Below are positions 29,994-39,825 of a DNA stretch of 64,000 nt, piece by piece. Every line of letters starts with the position of its first letter. Position 1 is the first letter of the stretch. The stretch covers positions 434,001-498,000 of the forward strand of contig CAXBME010000002.1 in the NCBI GenBank assembly GCA_963976765.1. Direction: 5' to 3'. Origin of the DNA: an uncultured Planctomycetaceae bacterium (GTDB taxonomy: Bacteria; Planctomycetota; Planctomycetia; Planctomycetales; Planctomycetaceae). The notes beneath the pieces are model-generated. The model did not search any database. It was given only the letters and a program-made list of their open reading frames with translations, and was not told the DNA's origin. Made by a program: the position numbers and the translations under genes.

Positions 29994-30246
29994 CTTCCGG
30001 GGTGACAGACGAAATCTTTGCGCGGCAACCGTCACGGGTGTCGCGTTCGGTTTCTGTTGCCTCGTGCCTGGCGATTTCGCAGCCAGCTGTGTCGCTGCGA
30101 GTTTTCGTCCAGGCCGCATGCTTGCATTGCAAGACAGGCATGCAACGGGGGGTGTTTGTCGACGACAAGGAATCGAACCTGGCTGTCTGAAAAGTCCCGT
30201 CCGGTTTTTGAATTCCTCAGTCCCCGTTTGGTAAGGATGATTTCTG

Positions 30247-31317
30247 ATGTTCCCGACTCTGCAGGAAAAGCTCAAACGCTACGCCGAGCTTGAGCTGCAG
30301 TTGCAGGATCCCGCGGTGCTTGCGGACACCCAGAAACTGCTCGACGTCCAGAAAGAGTATGGCGGGCTCTCGAAGGTGGCCCTGCGGACTCGCGAGTTTA
30401 ATCAGCTCGAAGAGGACTGCGCGACAGCCAAGGAAATGTTTCACGAAGAAACAGACTCCGCCGCACGAGAGTACGCTCGCGAAGAACTCGCTGACCTGAC
30501 GGCTCAGTACGAAAAACTGCGAGAAGAGCTGGAAGACATCGTTCTGTCAGGCGATTCGCTGACGCGCGGTAGCTGCATCATGGAAATCAGGGCTGGAGCT
30601 GGCGGCGACGAAGCTGCCCTGTTCGCTCGTGACCTCTTTGAGATGTATCGGAGATATTTCGAACTGAATGGCTGGAAGTTCGAAATCATGGAAATGAATG
30701 CTTCAGAACTCGGCGGCCTGAAAGAGCTGGTTCTGTCAATTGCTGGCGAAGGCTGCTACCACCGACTTCAGTTCGAAAGCGGTGGCCATCGCGTTCAACG
30801 AGTACCGGAAACGGAGGCTCAGGGGCGTGTTCATACCAGTGCTGCGACAGTTGCGGTGATGGCCGAGGCAACCGACGTCGAAATCGAGATCGACAACGAA
30901 GATCTTCAGATCGACACAATGCGTGCTGGTGGCCCCGGTGGTCAGAAAGTTAACAAGACGGAAAGTGCCGTTCGTATCACTCATATTCCGTCGGGAATCG
31001 TGGTGAAGATTCAGGACGAAAAGAGCCAGCACAAGAATCGCGCGAAGGCCATGCGGGTCTTACGAAGCCGACTGCTCGAACAGAAAGAGCAGGAGGCCGC
31101 AGACGAACGGGCCGAGCATCGCCGCACACTGGTAGGATCAGGCGACCGCAGTCAGCGTATTCGCACCTACAACTTTCCTCAGAACCGAATCACCGATCAC
31201 AGGATTAATCTGAGCATCCACAAGCTGGACCAGGTGCTGCAGGGAAACCTTGACGAACTGACTGATGCTCTTCTCGAATTCGACCGGATGGAACGCCTCA
31301 AGGGCGGCGCGGTTTAG
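30247..31317 (+). CDS. prfA: Peptide chain release factor 1
   Basis: [24 protein letters not shown] (PxT motif), GGQ, RTYNFPQ. Confidence 0.97.
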   Translation: MFPTLQEKLKRYAELELQLQDPAVLADTQKLLDVQKEYGGLSKVALRTREFNQLEEDCATAKEMFHEETDSAAREYAREELADLTAQYEKLREELEDIVLSGDSLTRGSCIMEIRAGAGGDEAALFARDLFEMYRRYFELNGWKFEIMEMNASELGGLKELVLSIAGEGCYHRLQFESGGHRVQRVPETEAQGRVHTSAATVAVMAEATDVEIEIDNEDLQIDTMRAGGPGGQKVNKTESAVRITHIPSGIVVKIQDEKSQHKNRAKAMRVLRSRLLEQKEQEAADERAEHRRTLVGSGDRSQRIRTYNFPQNRITDHRINLSIHKLDQVLQGNLDELTDALLEFDRMERLKGGAV

Positions 31318-31353
31318 ATCGCATGCGATCGCTGCGTCGGCACGGAATCTCCA

Positions 31354-32259
31354 GTGAGCGGCGAAGGGACTTCTGAATCTGCTAACACTCCGGAAGTCTG
31401 GACCGTCAAAAAGGTCCTCGACTGGACGATCGGACATTTGAAGCAACACGGTTGTGAGTCTGCTCGCCTTGATGCTGAAATACTGCTGGCGCACTCTCGA
31501 AACTGCCGGCGAATTCAGCTTTACACCGAGTACGACGCGCCTCTCACTCCGGAAGAGCGTGCCACAATGCGCGATCTGGTCCGACGCCGAGCCGCACACG
31601 AGCCGGTTGCCTACCTCGTCGGATTTCGTGAGTTCTTCGGTGTCGAATTTGACGTCGAACCCGGCGTACTGATTCCCAGACCGGACACGGAAACTCTCGT
31701 ATTGGCCGCACTGGAAGCTGCGAAAGGACTTCCTTCGCCGAGAATTCTGGATGTCTGCACGGGAACCGCCTGTGTGCCGGTTGCGATTGCCCAAAACTGT
31801 GCCGCTGCAGTGTTGACCGCGATCGAACTGGACAACCAGGCGCATCAGATTGCCCGGCGAAATATCGAAAAACACGGCCTGACAGATCGGATTACATTGC
31901 TGCGGGGCGACCTGTTCAGCCCACTGGCCAGCGACACCTCGTTCGACGTCATCACCGCTAATCCGCCGTATGTGACGAATGAGGAAATGAATACACTCCC
32001 ACCAGACATCCGGCTGCACGAGCCTGAGCTTGCATTACGTGGCGGGGTGGACGGCCTGGATCTTATGAGGCGACTGATTCCTGAAGCGGCTGCACGACTG
32101 ACAGGTGCTGGCACACTGCTGCTGGAGATTGGCTCCCAGCAGGGCGATGACGTCTGTCGGCTGTTTGCGACGACGAACCAGTACGAACCTGCGCAGGTCG
32201 TGAAAGATCTTGGAGGTTGCACTCGAGTAGTCTGGGCGAAGAAAAAGCAGATGAGCTGA
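31354..32259 (+). CDS. prmC: Release factor glutamine methyltransferase
   Basis: EPVAY, LIPRPDTE, LDVCTG, NPPY; directly follows prfA. Confidence 0.95.
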   Translation: MSGEGTSESANTPEVWTVKKVLDWTIGHLKQHGCESARLDAEILLAHSRNCRRIQLYTEYDAPLTPEERATMRDLVRRRAAHEPVAYLVGFREFFGVEFDVEPGVLIPRPDTETLVLAALEAAKGLPSPRILDVCTGTACVPVAIAQNCAAAVLTAIELDNQAHQIARRNIEKHGLTDRITLLRGDLFSPLASDTSFDVITANPPYVTNEEMNTLPPDIRLHEPELALRGGVDGLDLMRRLIPEAAARLTGAGTLLLEIGSQQGDDVCRLFATTNQYEPAQVVKDLGGCTRVVWAKKKQMS

Positions 32260-32292
32260 CGCTGAATTTTACTCAGATTGAGGAGTCCAGGG

Positions 32293-33771
32293 ATGGACAT
32301 GTTTGTCGTGCGAGGCGGAAAGCCGCTGAACGGTCGGGTTCGAGTCAGCGGATCCAAAAATGCAGCCCTGCCAATCATGGCAGCCTCTTTGATGGCGGAC
32401 GGGCCGGTCACCCTGCACGATGTCCCGGACCTTGTTGATGTTCGAACGCTGTCCGAACTTCTTGGCACGCTCGGCGTCATCAGCGAGCAGCAGACTGATA
32501 ACACGCTTCGCCTGGAAGTGATTGACGACTCACCGGTCGTCGCTGACTACGAACTTGTCCGCCGCATGCGTGCAAGCATTTGCGTGCTGGGGCCGCTGTT
32601 GGCGCGGCGGGGTCGAGCGACGGTGTCGCTCCCTGGCGGATGCAACATCGGCGACCGCCCGATCGATCTGCATCTGAAAGGACTGAAGGCTCTTGGCGCC
32701 GACATCCGAATCGAACGCGGCTACGTCATCGCAAAAGCAAATCGCCTCCGTGGTGGGAGAGTCTTTCTGGGTGGTTCGTTCGGAAGTACGGTCACCGGAA
32801 CCTGCAATGTAATGGCCGCTGCGGCGCTGGCCGACGGCACAACAACCATCGAGTCGGCAGCGTGCGAACCCGAAGTCGCTGACTATGGCCATCTACTCAA
32901 CGCGATGGGAGCAAAGATTGAAGGACTCGGAACCCCGTTCCTGCAGATCGAAGGTGTCGGGCGGTTGTCCGGAGCCGAGCATCACGTCATCCCCGATCGA
33001 ATCGAAGCCGCAACACTGCTCATCGCAGCGGCAATTACTCGCGGCGAAGTGTTCGTCGAGAATGTTTGCACCACTCACCTGAGTGCGGTGCTTGACAAGC
33101 TGAACGATATCGGAGTCCGTGTTGGGATCTCAGACGATACCGACAGAGCGGAACGCAGTTCTCTGCACGTGCTCCCGTCTCATCAGCTCACTCCGACGGA
33201 ATGTTCAGCATTGCCGTATCCTGGATTGCCGACGGACGTGCAGGCTCAGTTCATGGCACTGCTCAGTCGAGCTGACGGGATCAGCGTGGTAACTGATAAG
33301 GTCTTTCCCGACCGATTCATGCACGTTGCCGAACTGGTTCGTCTTGGTGCCAGAATCCACCGCGAGGGGCAGAGTGCGATTATCAGCGGAACCGACCGCC
33401 TGCATGGTGCCTGCGTGATGGCGTCTGACCTTCGAGCCAGCGCTGCCCTTGTTCTGGCAGCGATGGCCGCCGACGGCGAATCGGTCATTCGTCGGATTTA
33501 CCATCTCGACCGAGGCTACGAGCAGCTGGAAAAGCGGCTGAACTCGCTCGGAGCCGACATTCAGCGAGTGGAAGACTGCGCCGAGAACGTACCTGCCAGT
33601 TTGCGACTGACTCAGCCAGTCGCCAGAGCCAGCTCGCTTTCCGAAACGGGAAAGGCCGATGCGACCTTCAAACTCGAAAATGGTCGACAGCTTCGAATCG
33701 ACGAACCGGAAAATGTTTCCCCTGTTCCTTCATCCGCCGATTCAAAAGCGAAATATGAGCAAGGCAGGTAA
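32293..33771 (+). CDS. murA: UDP-N-acetylglucosamine 1-carboxyvinyltransferase
   Basis: [28 protein letters not shown] (catalytic Cys retained), PDRIE, DLRA, HLDRGY. Confidence 0.97.
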   Translation: MDMFVVRGGKPLNGRVRVSGSKNAALPIMAASLMADGPVTLHDVPDLVDVRTLSELLGTLGVISEQQTDNTLRLEVIDDSPVVADYELVRRMRASICVLGPLLARRGRATVSLPGGCNIGDRPIDLHLKGLKALGADIRIERGYVIAKANRLRGGRVFLGGSFGSTVTGTCNVMAAAALADGTTTIESAACEPEVADYGHLLNAMGAKIEGLGTPFLQIEGVGRLSGAEHHVIPDRIEAATLLIAAAITRGEVFVENVCTTHLSAVLDKLNDIGVRVGISDDTDRAERSSLHVLPSHQLTPTECSALPYPGLPTDVQAQFMALLSRADGISVVTDKVFPDRFMHVAELVRLGARIHREGQSAIISGTDRLHGACVMASDLRASAALVLAAMAADGESVIRRIYHLDRGYEQLEKRLNSLGADIQRVEDCAENVPASLRLTQPVARASSLSETGKADATFKLENGRQLRIDEPENVSPVPSSADSKAKYEQGR

Positions 33772-33805
33772 TTCTCGAACCTTGTTCGAAATCTCTGTTC
33801 ACTGA

Positions 33806-33834
33806 TTGACGCGACAATTCGGCCCGTCCATAAT
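33806..33834 (+). promoter_or_regulatory. Sigma70-type promoter
   Basis: TTGACG-17nt-CATAAT, a near-consensus match. Confidence 0.6.
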
Positions 33835-34236
33835 CTCGTGATCCTTTTCCCGATGCCCCAATCGACGCACGTTCTGTGCTTTTCACATCTGTTGCCGGGT
33901 CATCTACATATCAAGTGACGTTTCGTCAGCAATTCCAGATTCGTGATCAGGATCAAACTGCGTCCTTTCACCCGTTGGCTACTTTTATGTCGTCGGTGAT
34001 GTTGGACAATTTTTCAGTTTGATCTCAACTGTTTCGACGGTTTTACAGATCCAATCGTAGATCTGCGGGCGTTCGATGCGTTTCTTTGTCCTACGAACGT
34101 CGCGGTATCGGGCTGATGGAATGGCAGATGACCAGAGTCAATCAGCTGTAAATACCGAGGTCAGGTGTTGACACATAATCATGGCACAGCGGATTCGGAC
34201 AACGGACCGATTCGCAAATCAGAAACCGAGGATGAC

Positions 34237-34641
34237 ATGATCAGCAGTCTTTCAGAGCTTGATGAAGTTCGAAAAGTGGCACCAACCGGGCTGCCGGATC
34301 AGCTCGAGCAGGATCTCGTTCAGACATTCAAACTCCTCTCGGACGAGACTCGCCTGCGCGTTCTGATGTATCTGATGCGCGAGGGCGAGCTTCATGTCAC
34401 GGCACTGTGTGAGCGGCTCGACCAGAGTCAGCCGGCTGTCAGCCACCATCTGGCGCTGCTGAGAGTCGCAGGCCTGATCGAAGCTCGACGCGACGGTAAA
34501 CACAACTTCTATTCAGTACGGCGCGAGCACTTTCACCGGATCATGGGCGAATTATTCTCGAACATGACGGCCGAGACTGGCGAGTCGCTCAGATTCAGCG
34601 ATTTCGTGCTCCGCCAGGATGAAAATCGCAGCGCCGAGTAA
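34237..34641 (+). CDS. ArsR/SmtB-family transcriptional regulator
   Basis: FKLLSDETRLRVL, SQPAVSHHLALLR, RRDGKHNFY. GAGGA before ATG 34237 (ORF opens at 34165). Confidence 0.9.
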   Translation: MISSLSELDEVRKVAPTGLPDQLEQDLVQTFKLLSDETRLRVLMYLMREGELHVTALCERLDQSQPAVSHHLALLRVAGLIEARRDGKHNFYSVRREHFHRIMGELFSNMTAETGESLRFSDFVLRQDENRSAE

Positions 34642-34672
34642 CAGAGTCCAGGTTCCAATGACGAGACTTTCT

Positions 34673-34705
34673 GAGACCGCTTCAAAGGGCGGTCTCTTCT
34701 TTTTT
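34673..34705 (+). terminator. Intrinsic terminator between the ArsR gene and carA
   Basis: gagaccgc-loop-gcggtctc followed by ttctttttt. Confidence 0.85.
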
Positions 34706-34812
34706 GCGTCGCGATTTGGTAGAAGCCACTCCCGCCTCGCGAGCCTGCGCTCGCATTTTTGCAGGCATACCCCTGCGTTTCCAATTCGTTCTCACGCTCA
34801 CGGTACATACGC

Positions 34813-35961
34813 ATGAGTCGTCCGGCGAAACTTGCTCTGATTGATGGAACGGTCTTCGAAGGCCGAGCCTTTGGTGCCTCTGGTGAAATCCACGGCGAAG
34901 TCGTCTTTAACACCAGCATGACCGGCTATCAGGAAATTCTCACCGACCCGTCATACTGCGGTCAGATTGTCACGATGACGTACCCGCTGATCGGTAATTA
35001 CGGGGTCAACGTCGAAGATGTGGAAAGCGGCGGGCTGTCCCTGCGAGGCTTCATCGTCAAGGAGCTCTGCCGCCACGAAAGCAATTTCCGGTCGAGCCAG
35101 TCACTCGATTCGTACCTTGCAAAGTACGGCGTCATCGGAATCGAAGGACTCGATACGCGAGCACTCGTCAGGCGAATCAGAATCCACGGGGCAATGACAG
35201 GTATCATCTCGACTGAGGATCTCGACAACGACTCACTGATTGCGAAAGCGCAAAAGAGTCCGGAACTGGCTGGTCAGGATCTTGCCCGGGAAGTTATCCC
35301 GACAGAAAGTGCTGGCTGGTCGGAAGGTCTTCACGCTATCCCCCGCGACCTTGTCACAGGCGGCTACGAAGGCATCCATGCGGCGTCCACTGACGAAGGG
35401 CCACACGTCGTTGCCATCGACTACGGAATGAAGTGGAATATCCCACGACACCTTCGGCAGCTCGGCTGTAAAGTCACCGTCGTACCTGGAACCTGGAGCG
35501 CGGAACAGATTCTCGAACTCTCTCCCGCTGGCGTCTTTCTTTCCAACGGCCCCGGAGACCCTCGCCCGCTGGACTATGCCATTTCAACGATCCAGGGATT
35601 GCTGGGCAAAGTACCCATCTTCGGAATCTGCCTGGGCAACCAGTTGCTCGGTCTGGCGTGCGGTGCTGAGATCTTCAAGATGCGGTTCGGACATCGCGGA
35701 GCCAACCAACCGGTACTCGACAAGAGTACGGGCAAGGTCGAAATCACGTCGCAGAATCATGGCTTCGCTTTGGACGCTGCATCCATGCCGTCGAACGTTG
35801 AAGTCACTCATGTGAATCTCAACGATCAGACCGTCGAAGGCATTCGGCACAAAGATTACCCCGCGTTTGCCGTGCAGTATCACCCCGAAGCTTCTGCCGG
35901 ACCTCACGACAGCCATTACCTGTTCGGCCAGTTCCGTGAGATGCTCCTCCAGCACGCGTAA
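34813..35961 (+). CDS. carA: Carbamoyl-phosphate synthase small subunit
   Basis: GEVVFNTSMTGYQEILTDPSY, LSNGPGDP, GICLG, QYHPE. Confidence 0.97.
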   Translation: MSRPAKLALIDGTVFEGRAFGASGEIHGEVVFNTSMTGYQEILTDPSYCGQIVTMTYPLIGNYGVNVEDVESGGLSLRGFIVKELCRHESNFRSSQSLDSYLAKYGVIGIEGLDTRALVRRIRIHGAMTGIISTEDLDNDSLIAKAQKSPELAGQDLAREVIPTESAGWSEGLHAIPRDLVTGGYEGIHAASTDEGPHVVAIDYGMKWNIPRHLRQLGCKVTVVPGTWSAEQILELSPAGVFLSNGPGDPRPLDYAISTIQGLLGKVPIFGICLGNQLLGLACGAEIFKMRFGHRGANQPVLDKSTGKVEITSQNHGFALDAASMPSNVEVTHVNLNDQTVEGIRHKDYPAFAVQYHPEASAGPHDSHYLFGQFREMLLQHA

Positions 35962-36114
35962 CGTCATCACTTAGCCAACCCGGTTTTCATCCTGGGCAGT
36001 CTGAAACGAGCGCCGCGATGTTCTGGCAGTCATGATTGAAAGCCGTTCGAACTGCCGGAACTGCTCGGCGTTTGTTCAAGCCTGCGACCACGAAACTCGA
36101 AGTGGAGCGACGAC

Positions 36115-36792
36115 ATGCTACGAACTGTGATCTCGAGTGTTTGTTGTGTCGCGGTTGTTTCTTCACTGACAGGCTGTCAGCAGCAACCTGCGAGTGAGCC
36201 AGCCCCCTCCGTCATCAGCCCGACCGAGCCGGAAAGCAACTCACCGGACGACTCTCTACCGACTGTTGCCTCAAATTCCGGCACAACAACGCCAGTCGAA
36301 AAAGTTGAACTGACAATTTCCACGTTTGACGAGTTGCAGGCGTCGATCGCCGCGTCAAAAGGCAAGGTCGTCGTCGTCGATTACTGGTCAACATCCTGCC
36401 CGCCTTGCCTGACCGAATTTCCTGGCCTGGTCGCTATCCACAACGAACTACCGCACGACCAGGTTCGATGTGTCTCTGCCAGCCTCGACTATGAAGGCCT
36501 CGCAGACTTTCCGATCGAAGAAGCTCGGAATTCGGCCCTCGAATTTCTTGAACAGCAGAAGGCGACGCTCGATAACTTCATCGTGAGCGAAGACAGCCTG
36601 ACAGTGATGGACGACAAACTGAAAATCGCGTCCATTCCTGCAGTCTTCGTTTTCGGTGTTGATGGCAAGCTGGCTCGCATTTTCGACGAGTCTTCCGGCG
36701 AATCGTTTACCTACGAAAAAGACGTCACGCCTTTCGTGAAAGAACTTGTCTCGCAGAGCTTCTCCGCCGCGGCAGCATCTGTGAACGAATAG
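36115..36792 (+). CDS. TlpA-like thioredoxin-fold lipoprotein
   Basis: Lipobox LTGC; GKVVVVDYWSTSCPPC; cis-Pro motif SIP. Confidence 0.88.
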   Translation: MLRTVISSVCCVAVVSSLTGCQQQPASEPAPSVISPTEPESNSPDDSLPTVASNSGTTTPVEKVELTISTFDELQASIAASKGKVVVVDYWSTSCPPCLTEFPGLVAIHNELPHDQVRCVSASLDYEGLADFPIEEARNSALEFLEQQKATLDNFIVSEDSLTVMDDKLKIASIPAVFVFGVDGKLARIFDESSGESFTYEKDVTPFVKELVSQSFSAAAASVNE

Positions 36793-36801
36793 TAAGAATC
36801 A

Positions 36802-36884
36802 CTCGCGAAGACACTAAGTCGCGAAGATGTGACTTCAGCATCGAATTAAATCTTTCGCGTCTTTGCGCCTTCGCGTGAGAAAAA
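36802..36884. repeat. Periodic palindromic element 1
   Basis: Left arm cgcgaaga-cactaagt-cgcgaag; right arm reverse complement cgcgaagg-cgcaaaga-cgcgaaag; followed by an A-run. Confidence 0.65.
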
Positions 36885-36917
36885 TGCGGCAAGATGGCTG
36901 CTGAAAGGATTATCGAG

Positions 36918-37916
36918 ATGAAAGCTGCATTTATCACCGAGACCGGCGAACCGGAAGTTATCCAGTATGGTGACCTGCCGACTCCCGAACCGGCAGCAAA
37001 CGAAGTGCTGGTCAAAGTCGGAGCGGTCGCGGTTAACCCGATCGACACTTACATCCGCAGCGGCACCGTCGCGCTGGCGACTGAGTTTCCTTACATCGTC
37101 GGTTGCGACCTTGCAGGCACCGTTGAAGCCGTCGGTGCAGACGTCACTCGGTTCAAGGTTGGTGACCGTGTCTGGGGCAGCAATCAAAGTCTCTTCGGCC
37201 GGAAAGGTACGTTCGCCGAGTACGCTGCTGTCGGCGAAGAATGGCTGTACCCGACTCCGAACGAAATGTCTGACGATGTCGCCGCCGCAGGCGCACTGGT
37301 CGGAATCACCGCACATCTCGGCCTGCATCTGCATGGTGGGCTGAAAGCAGGCGAGACGATTTTCATTAACGGAGGAACTGGTGGAGTCGGCGCCGCCGTC
37401 ATTCAACTGGCAAAAGCGGCCGGCGCGAAAGTCATCGCAACGGTCGGCAGCGACGAAAAGAAATCGCTGTGCGAAAGCTGGGGCTCGGACTGCGTCATAA
37501 ATTATCGAGACGAAAACCTCGACGATCAGATTCGCGAGTTCACCGAAGCCAACGGCGGGCTGCATCTCTGGTTCGAAACTCAGCGAGAGCCGACTCCGGA
37601 CCGAACCGTCGGGCTGATGTCGCCACGCGGGCGGATCATCTTCATGGCTGGTCGGACTGCTCGACCGGAGTTTCCCGTCGGACCGTTCTACGTGAAAGAT
37701 CTCCGGCTGCACGGATTCGCCATGTTCAACGCGACACCGGACGAACAACGAGCCTCCGCAGACGCCATCAACGAGCTGGCCACAAAAGGCGACTGGTCAC
37801 CGCAGATTGGCAAGACCTTCCCACTTTCAGAAGCCGCCGCCGCGCACCAACTCCAGGAAGATGCCACGCTTTCCGGGAGCGGATCATTGACCGGCAAGAT
37901 CGTCCTGAACCCGTAG
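36918..37916 (+). CDS. NADPH:quinone reductase (zeta-crystallin-like MDR)
   Basis: AVNPID, GCDLAGTV, GTFAEY, GGTGGVG, GKIVL. Confidence 0.9.
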   Translation: MKAAFITETGEPEVIQYGDLPTPEPAANEVLVKVGAVAVNPIDTYIRSGTVALATEFPYIVGCDLAGTVEAVGADVTRFKVGDRVWGSNQSLFGRKGTFAEYAAVGEEWLYPTPNEMSDDVAAAGALVGITAHLGLHLHGGLKAGETIFINGGTGGVGAAVIQLAKAAGAKVIATVGSDEKKSLCESWGSDCVINYRDENLDDQIREFTEANGGLHLWFETQREPTPDRTVGLMSPRGRIIFMAGRTARPEFPVGPFYVKDLRLHGFAMFNATPDEQRASADAINELATKGDWSPQIGKTFPLSEAAAAHQLQEDATLSGSGSLTGKIVLNP

Positions 37917-37935
37917 TTCTGGCAGGCAGAAAAGC

Positions 37936-37995
37936 AACCACGAAAAACACGAAAGGAAGAAATGTTTTCCTTTTGTGTTTTTCGTGGTTCAAAAA
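37936..37995. repeat. Periodic palindromic element 2 (may double as a terminator)
   Basis: 22-bp arms aaccacgaaaaacacgaaagga / tccttttgtgtttttcgtggtt with one G-U pair, then caaaaa. Confidence 0.85.
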
Positions 37996-38029
37996 CTGGT
38001 CGGACTGAAGCCGTCCTGATTCGAAGATC

Positions 38030-39133
38030 TTAGTTTCTTTGTGAAACGATCTTCGCAATCAGGCTTGCCACAGCGCTGCTGGATTCGGTCGAAGCGACCT
38101 GCTGGCTGTTACAGGTTCCGGCGATTCCGTGGTGGACGAGCCAGATGTTTCGGAAGCGGACCGGGTTGCTGTGGTTCTGGATTTTGGTGGGAAGTGCGTT
38201 CGGGCCTTCGCCGACTCGTTTACCACCGCCGGTGGGAGTTGGCAGGTCAAGATTTTCCTGAACCGGCACGCCGTTCAGCCAGACAGTGAAGTTAGCGTTC
38301 TGAACTTTCTTGCCGTCGGCATCGAATCTCGGAGCACGGAACCAGATGTCGTAGGTTTGCCAGCTAAGCGGCGGCAGGCACATGTTGAGGTTCGGTTTAA
38401 CCTCCCGGTACAGCGCGCCGCATTCGTTGAACTCGCCGTCCAGGCCGAATGAATCGAGCACCTGTACTTCGTAGCGGCTTTGCACGTAGATGCCGCTGTT
38501 CGCTCGTTGTTGGCCCACGGCGTTTGGCATGTACGGAAGTCGGAATTCGAGGTGCAGACGGAAGTCGCCGTACGCGTCGCGAGTTTCCGTGCCTTCCTTA
38601 AGCAGGCCGTCCTCGGTCATCTGACCATCTTTCAGCAGTTCAGTGTTTGTCCCGTCGAACAGGGCGATGGCATTGCACGGTCGGCAGGCTCCCAGCGTCG
38701 CGCTTTGCCGGGTGACGAACGACGCTGTTCCGATCTGCCGAGCGTACTCGCCGATCGACTTGATGATGGAGTGTCCGTTCTGAATAGTGATCTGCTGATG
38801 CTCGCCGGTGAGCGTCAGGACGTCGCCTTCGCGAGTTCCCTGAAACTTCGCCCGGTCTCCCCCGATCGGCCAGCCGTAGCCGGGCAGCCCGCCTCGATAA
38901 GAGACCGCAGAAAACTTTGCATCGCCCATCGCGACAACCTGAAGGCCAACCGGCTCGCAATGCCGGCAGTCATTGACGACGGACCCCAGATACTCACCCT
39001 GAAACGGGTAGTCCGCGTCGTCCTGCGGGACTTCGGTCCATGCTCCGGGTTTGTTTTTCGCGTCGGCACTCTGCACGCTCTGAGGAACCAGCAAGCCGAA
39101 ACAAAAGACGATGAGAAGGCCATATCGAAGCAT
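38030..39133 (-). CDS. DUF1080 (3-keto-disaccharide hydrolase-like) exported protein
   Basis: Signal peptide from MLRYGLL; LFDG, DFRLHLEF, ANSG, YEVQVLDS, WQTYDI, QNH..PVRFRNIW. Confidence 0.88.
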   Translation of the reverse strand: MLRYGLLIVFCFGLLVPQSVQSADAKNKPGAWTEVPQDDADYPFQGEYLGSVVNDCRHCEPVGLQVVAMGDAKFSAVSYRGGLPGYGWPIGGDRAKFQGTREGDVLTLTGEHQQITIQNGHSIIKSIGEYARQIGTASFVTRQSATLGACRPCNAIALFDGTNTELLKDGQMTEDGLLKEGTETRDAYGDFRLHLEFRLPYMPNAVGQQRANSGIYVQSRYEVQVLDSFGLDGEFNECGALYREVKPNLNMCLPPLSWQTYDIWFRAPRFDADGKKVQNANFTVWLNGVPVQENLDLPTPTGGGKRVGEGPNALPTKIQNHSNPVRFRNIWLVHHGIAGTCNSQQVASTESSSAVASLIAKIVSQRN

Positions 39134-39337
39134 CAGTATCTCCAGTCGGTATGAAGGTCGCGTTGGTCGGTGTTTATCGCCAGACTTCCCAGTTTCACAC
39201 GGGCGTCCGACGATGGCAACCGAGCGTTGAGCGGCGAACGCCAATGCAGCAACATGTCTCGCGGCGGCGCGCCGAAGTCTGCCGGACCGGTACAATTCTC
39301 AGCGTTCCGGTCTCCCAAGAACGTTGATGGAAATCTC

Positions 39338-39757
39338 ATGGCGAAATGCGACGAAGGATACATCTGCGAAGTTTGCGGTGAGGCTGTCGACGAGATTATC
39401 GACAGCGACCTCTATCTTCGTTTCGTGATCGGGCAGGTTCCGGAGAGCGAGCTGACGAAATCACCCGAGCGGCACATTCGCTGCAACCCGGTGCAGGCTC
39501 AGTTCATCGTGCATGATGACTTCGAGCCGGTTGTGGTGGACGGCCCTTTCGACAAACAGTTCCTCGACAAAGAACACGTCCGGCAGCAGGAAGACCTGAT
39601 CACTCGTGGCTGGTTGCGAATTCGAGAAGTCACTGGATCGGGTATCCCGGTTTCTGAATACCCGCTCAAGAAGAAAGTTGACATGAACCGGCTGATCGCC
39701 GAGCGGAAGTCTAAATCTGAAGAAGTTAACCACAGAGGCACAGAGACACAGAGTTGA
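39338..39757 (+). CDS. Hypothetical protein with a Cys/His-rich putative metal-binding motif
   Basis: MAKCDEGYICEVCG...ERHIRCNP; plausible protein composition and codon usage. Confidence 0.7.
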   Translation: MAKCDEGYICEVCGEAVDEIIDSDLYLRFVIGQVPESELTKSPERHIRCNPVQAQFIVHDDFEPVVVDGPFDKQFLDKEHVRQQEDLITRGWLRIREVTGSGIPVSEYPLKKKVDMNRLIAERKSKSEEVNHRGTETQS

Positions 39758-39800
39758 GCACTTGCTTTTCTGTGGATCAGTGTCTTTTTGGTTTGAAAAA
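39728..39800. repeat. Periodic palindromic element 3 (decayed right arm)
   Basis: aac(cacagagN)x3 left arm; ttctgtggatcagtgtctttttggtt right arm; then tgaaaaa. Confidence 0.65.
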
Positions 39801-39825
39801 CTTGAAGCGAGCACAGGAACATCGG

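Noticed and set aside
30247..31317. Programmed frameshift in the release factor gene
   Set aside because: This is RF1 (PxT motif) in one uninterrupted frame; the frameshift is a feature of prfB.
32293..33570. murA in a planctomycete as a novelty
   Set aside because: Peptidoglycan synthesis in planctomycetes is already established.
34673..34812. Pyrimidine attenuator upstream of carA
   Set aside because: The hairpin is adequately explained as the ArsR gene terminator; no PyrR-binding loop or antiterminator was recognised.
36115..36792. Selenocysteine read-through in the redox proteins
   Set aside because: The active-site positions are ordinary Cys codons, and no in-frame TGA splits these genes.
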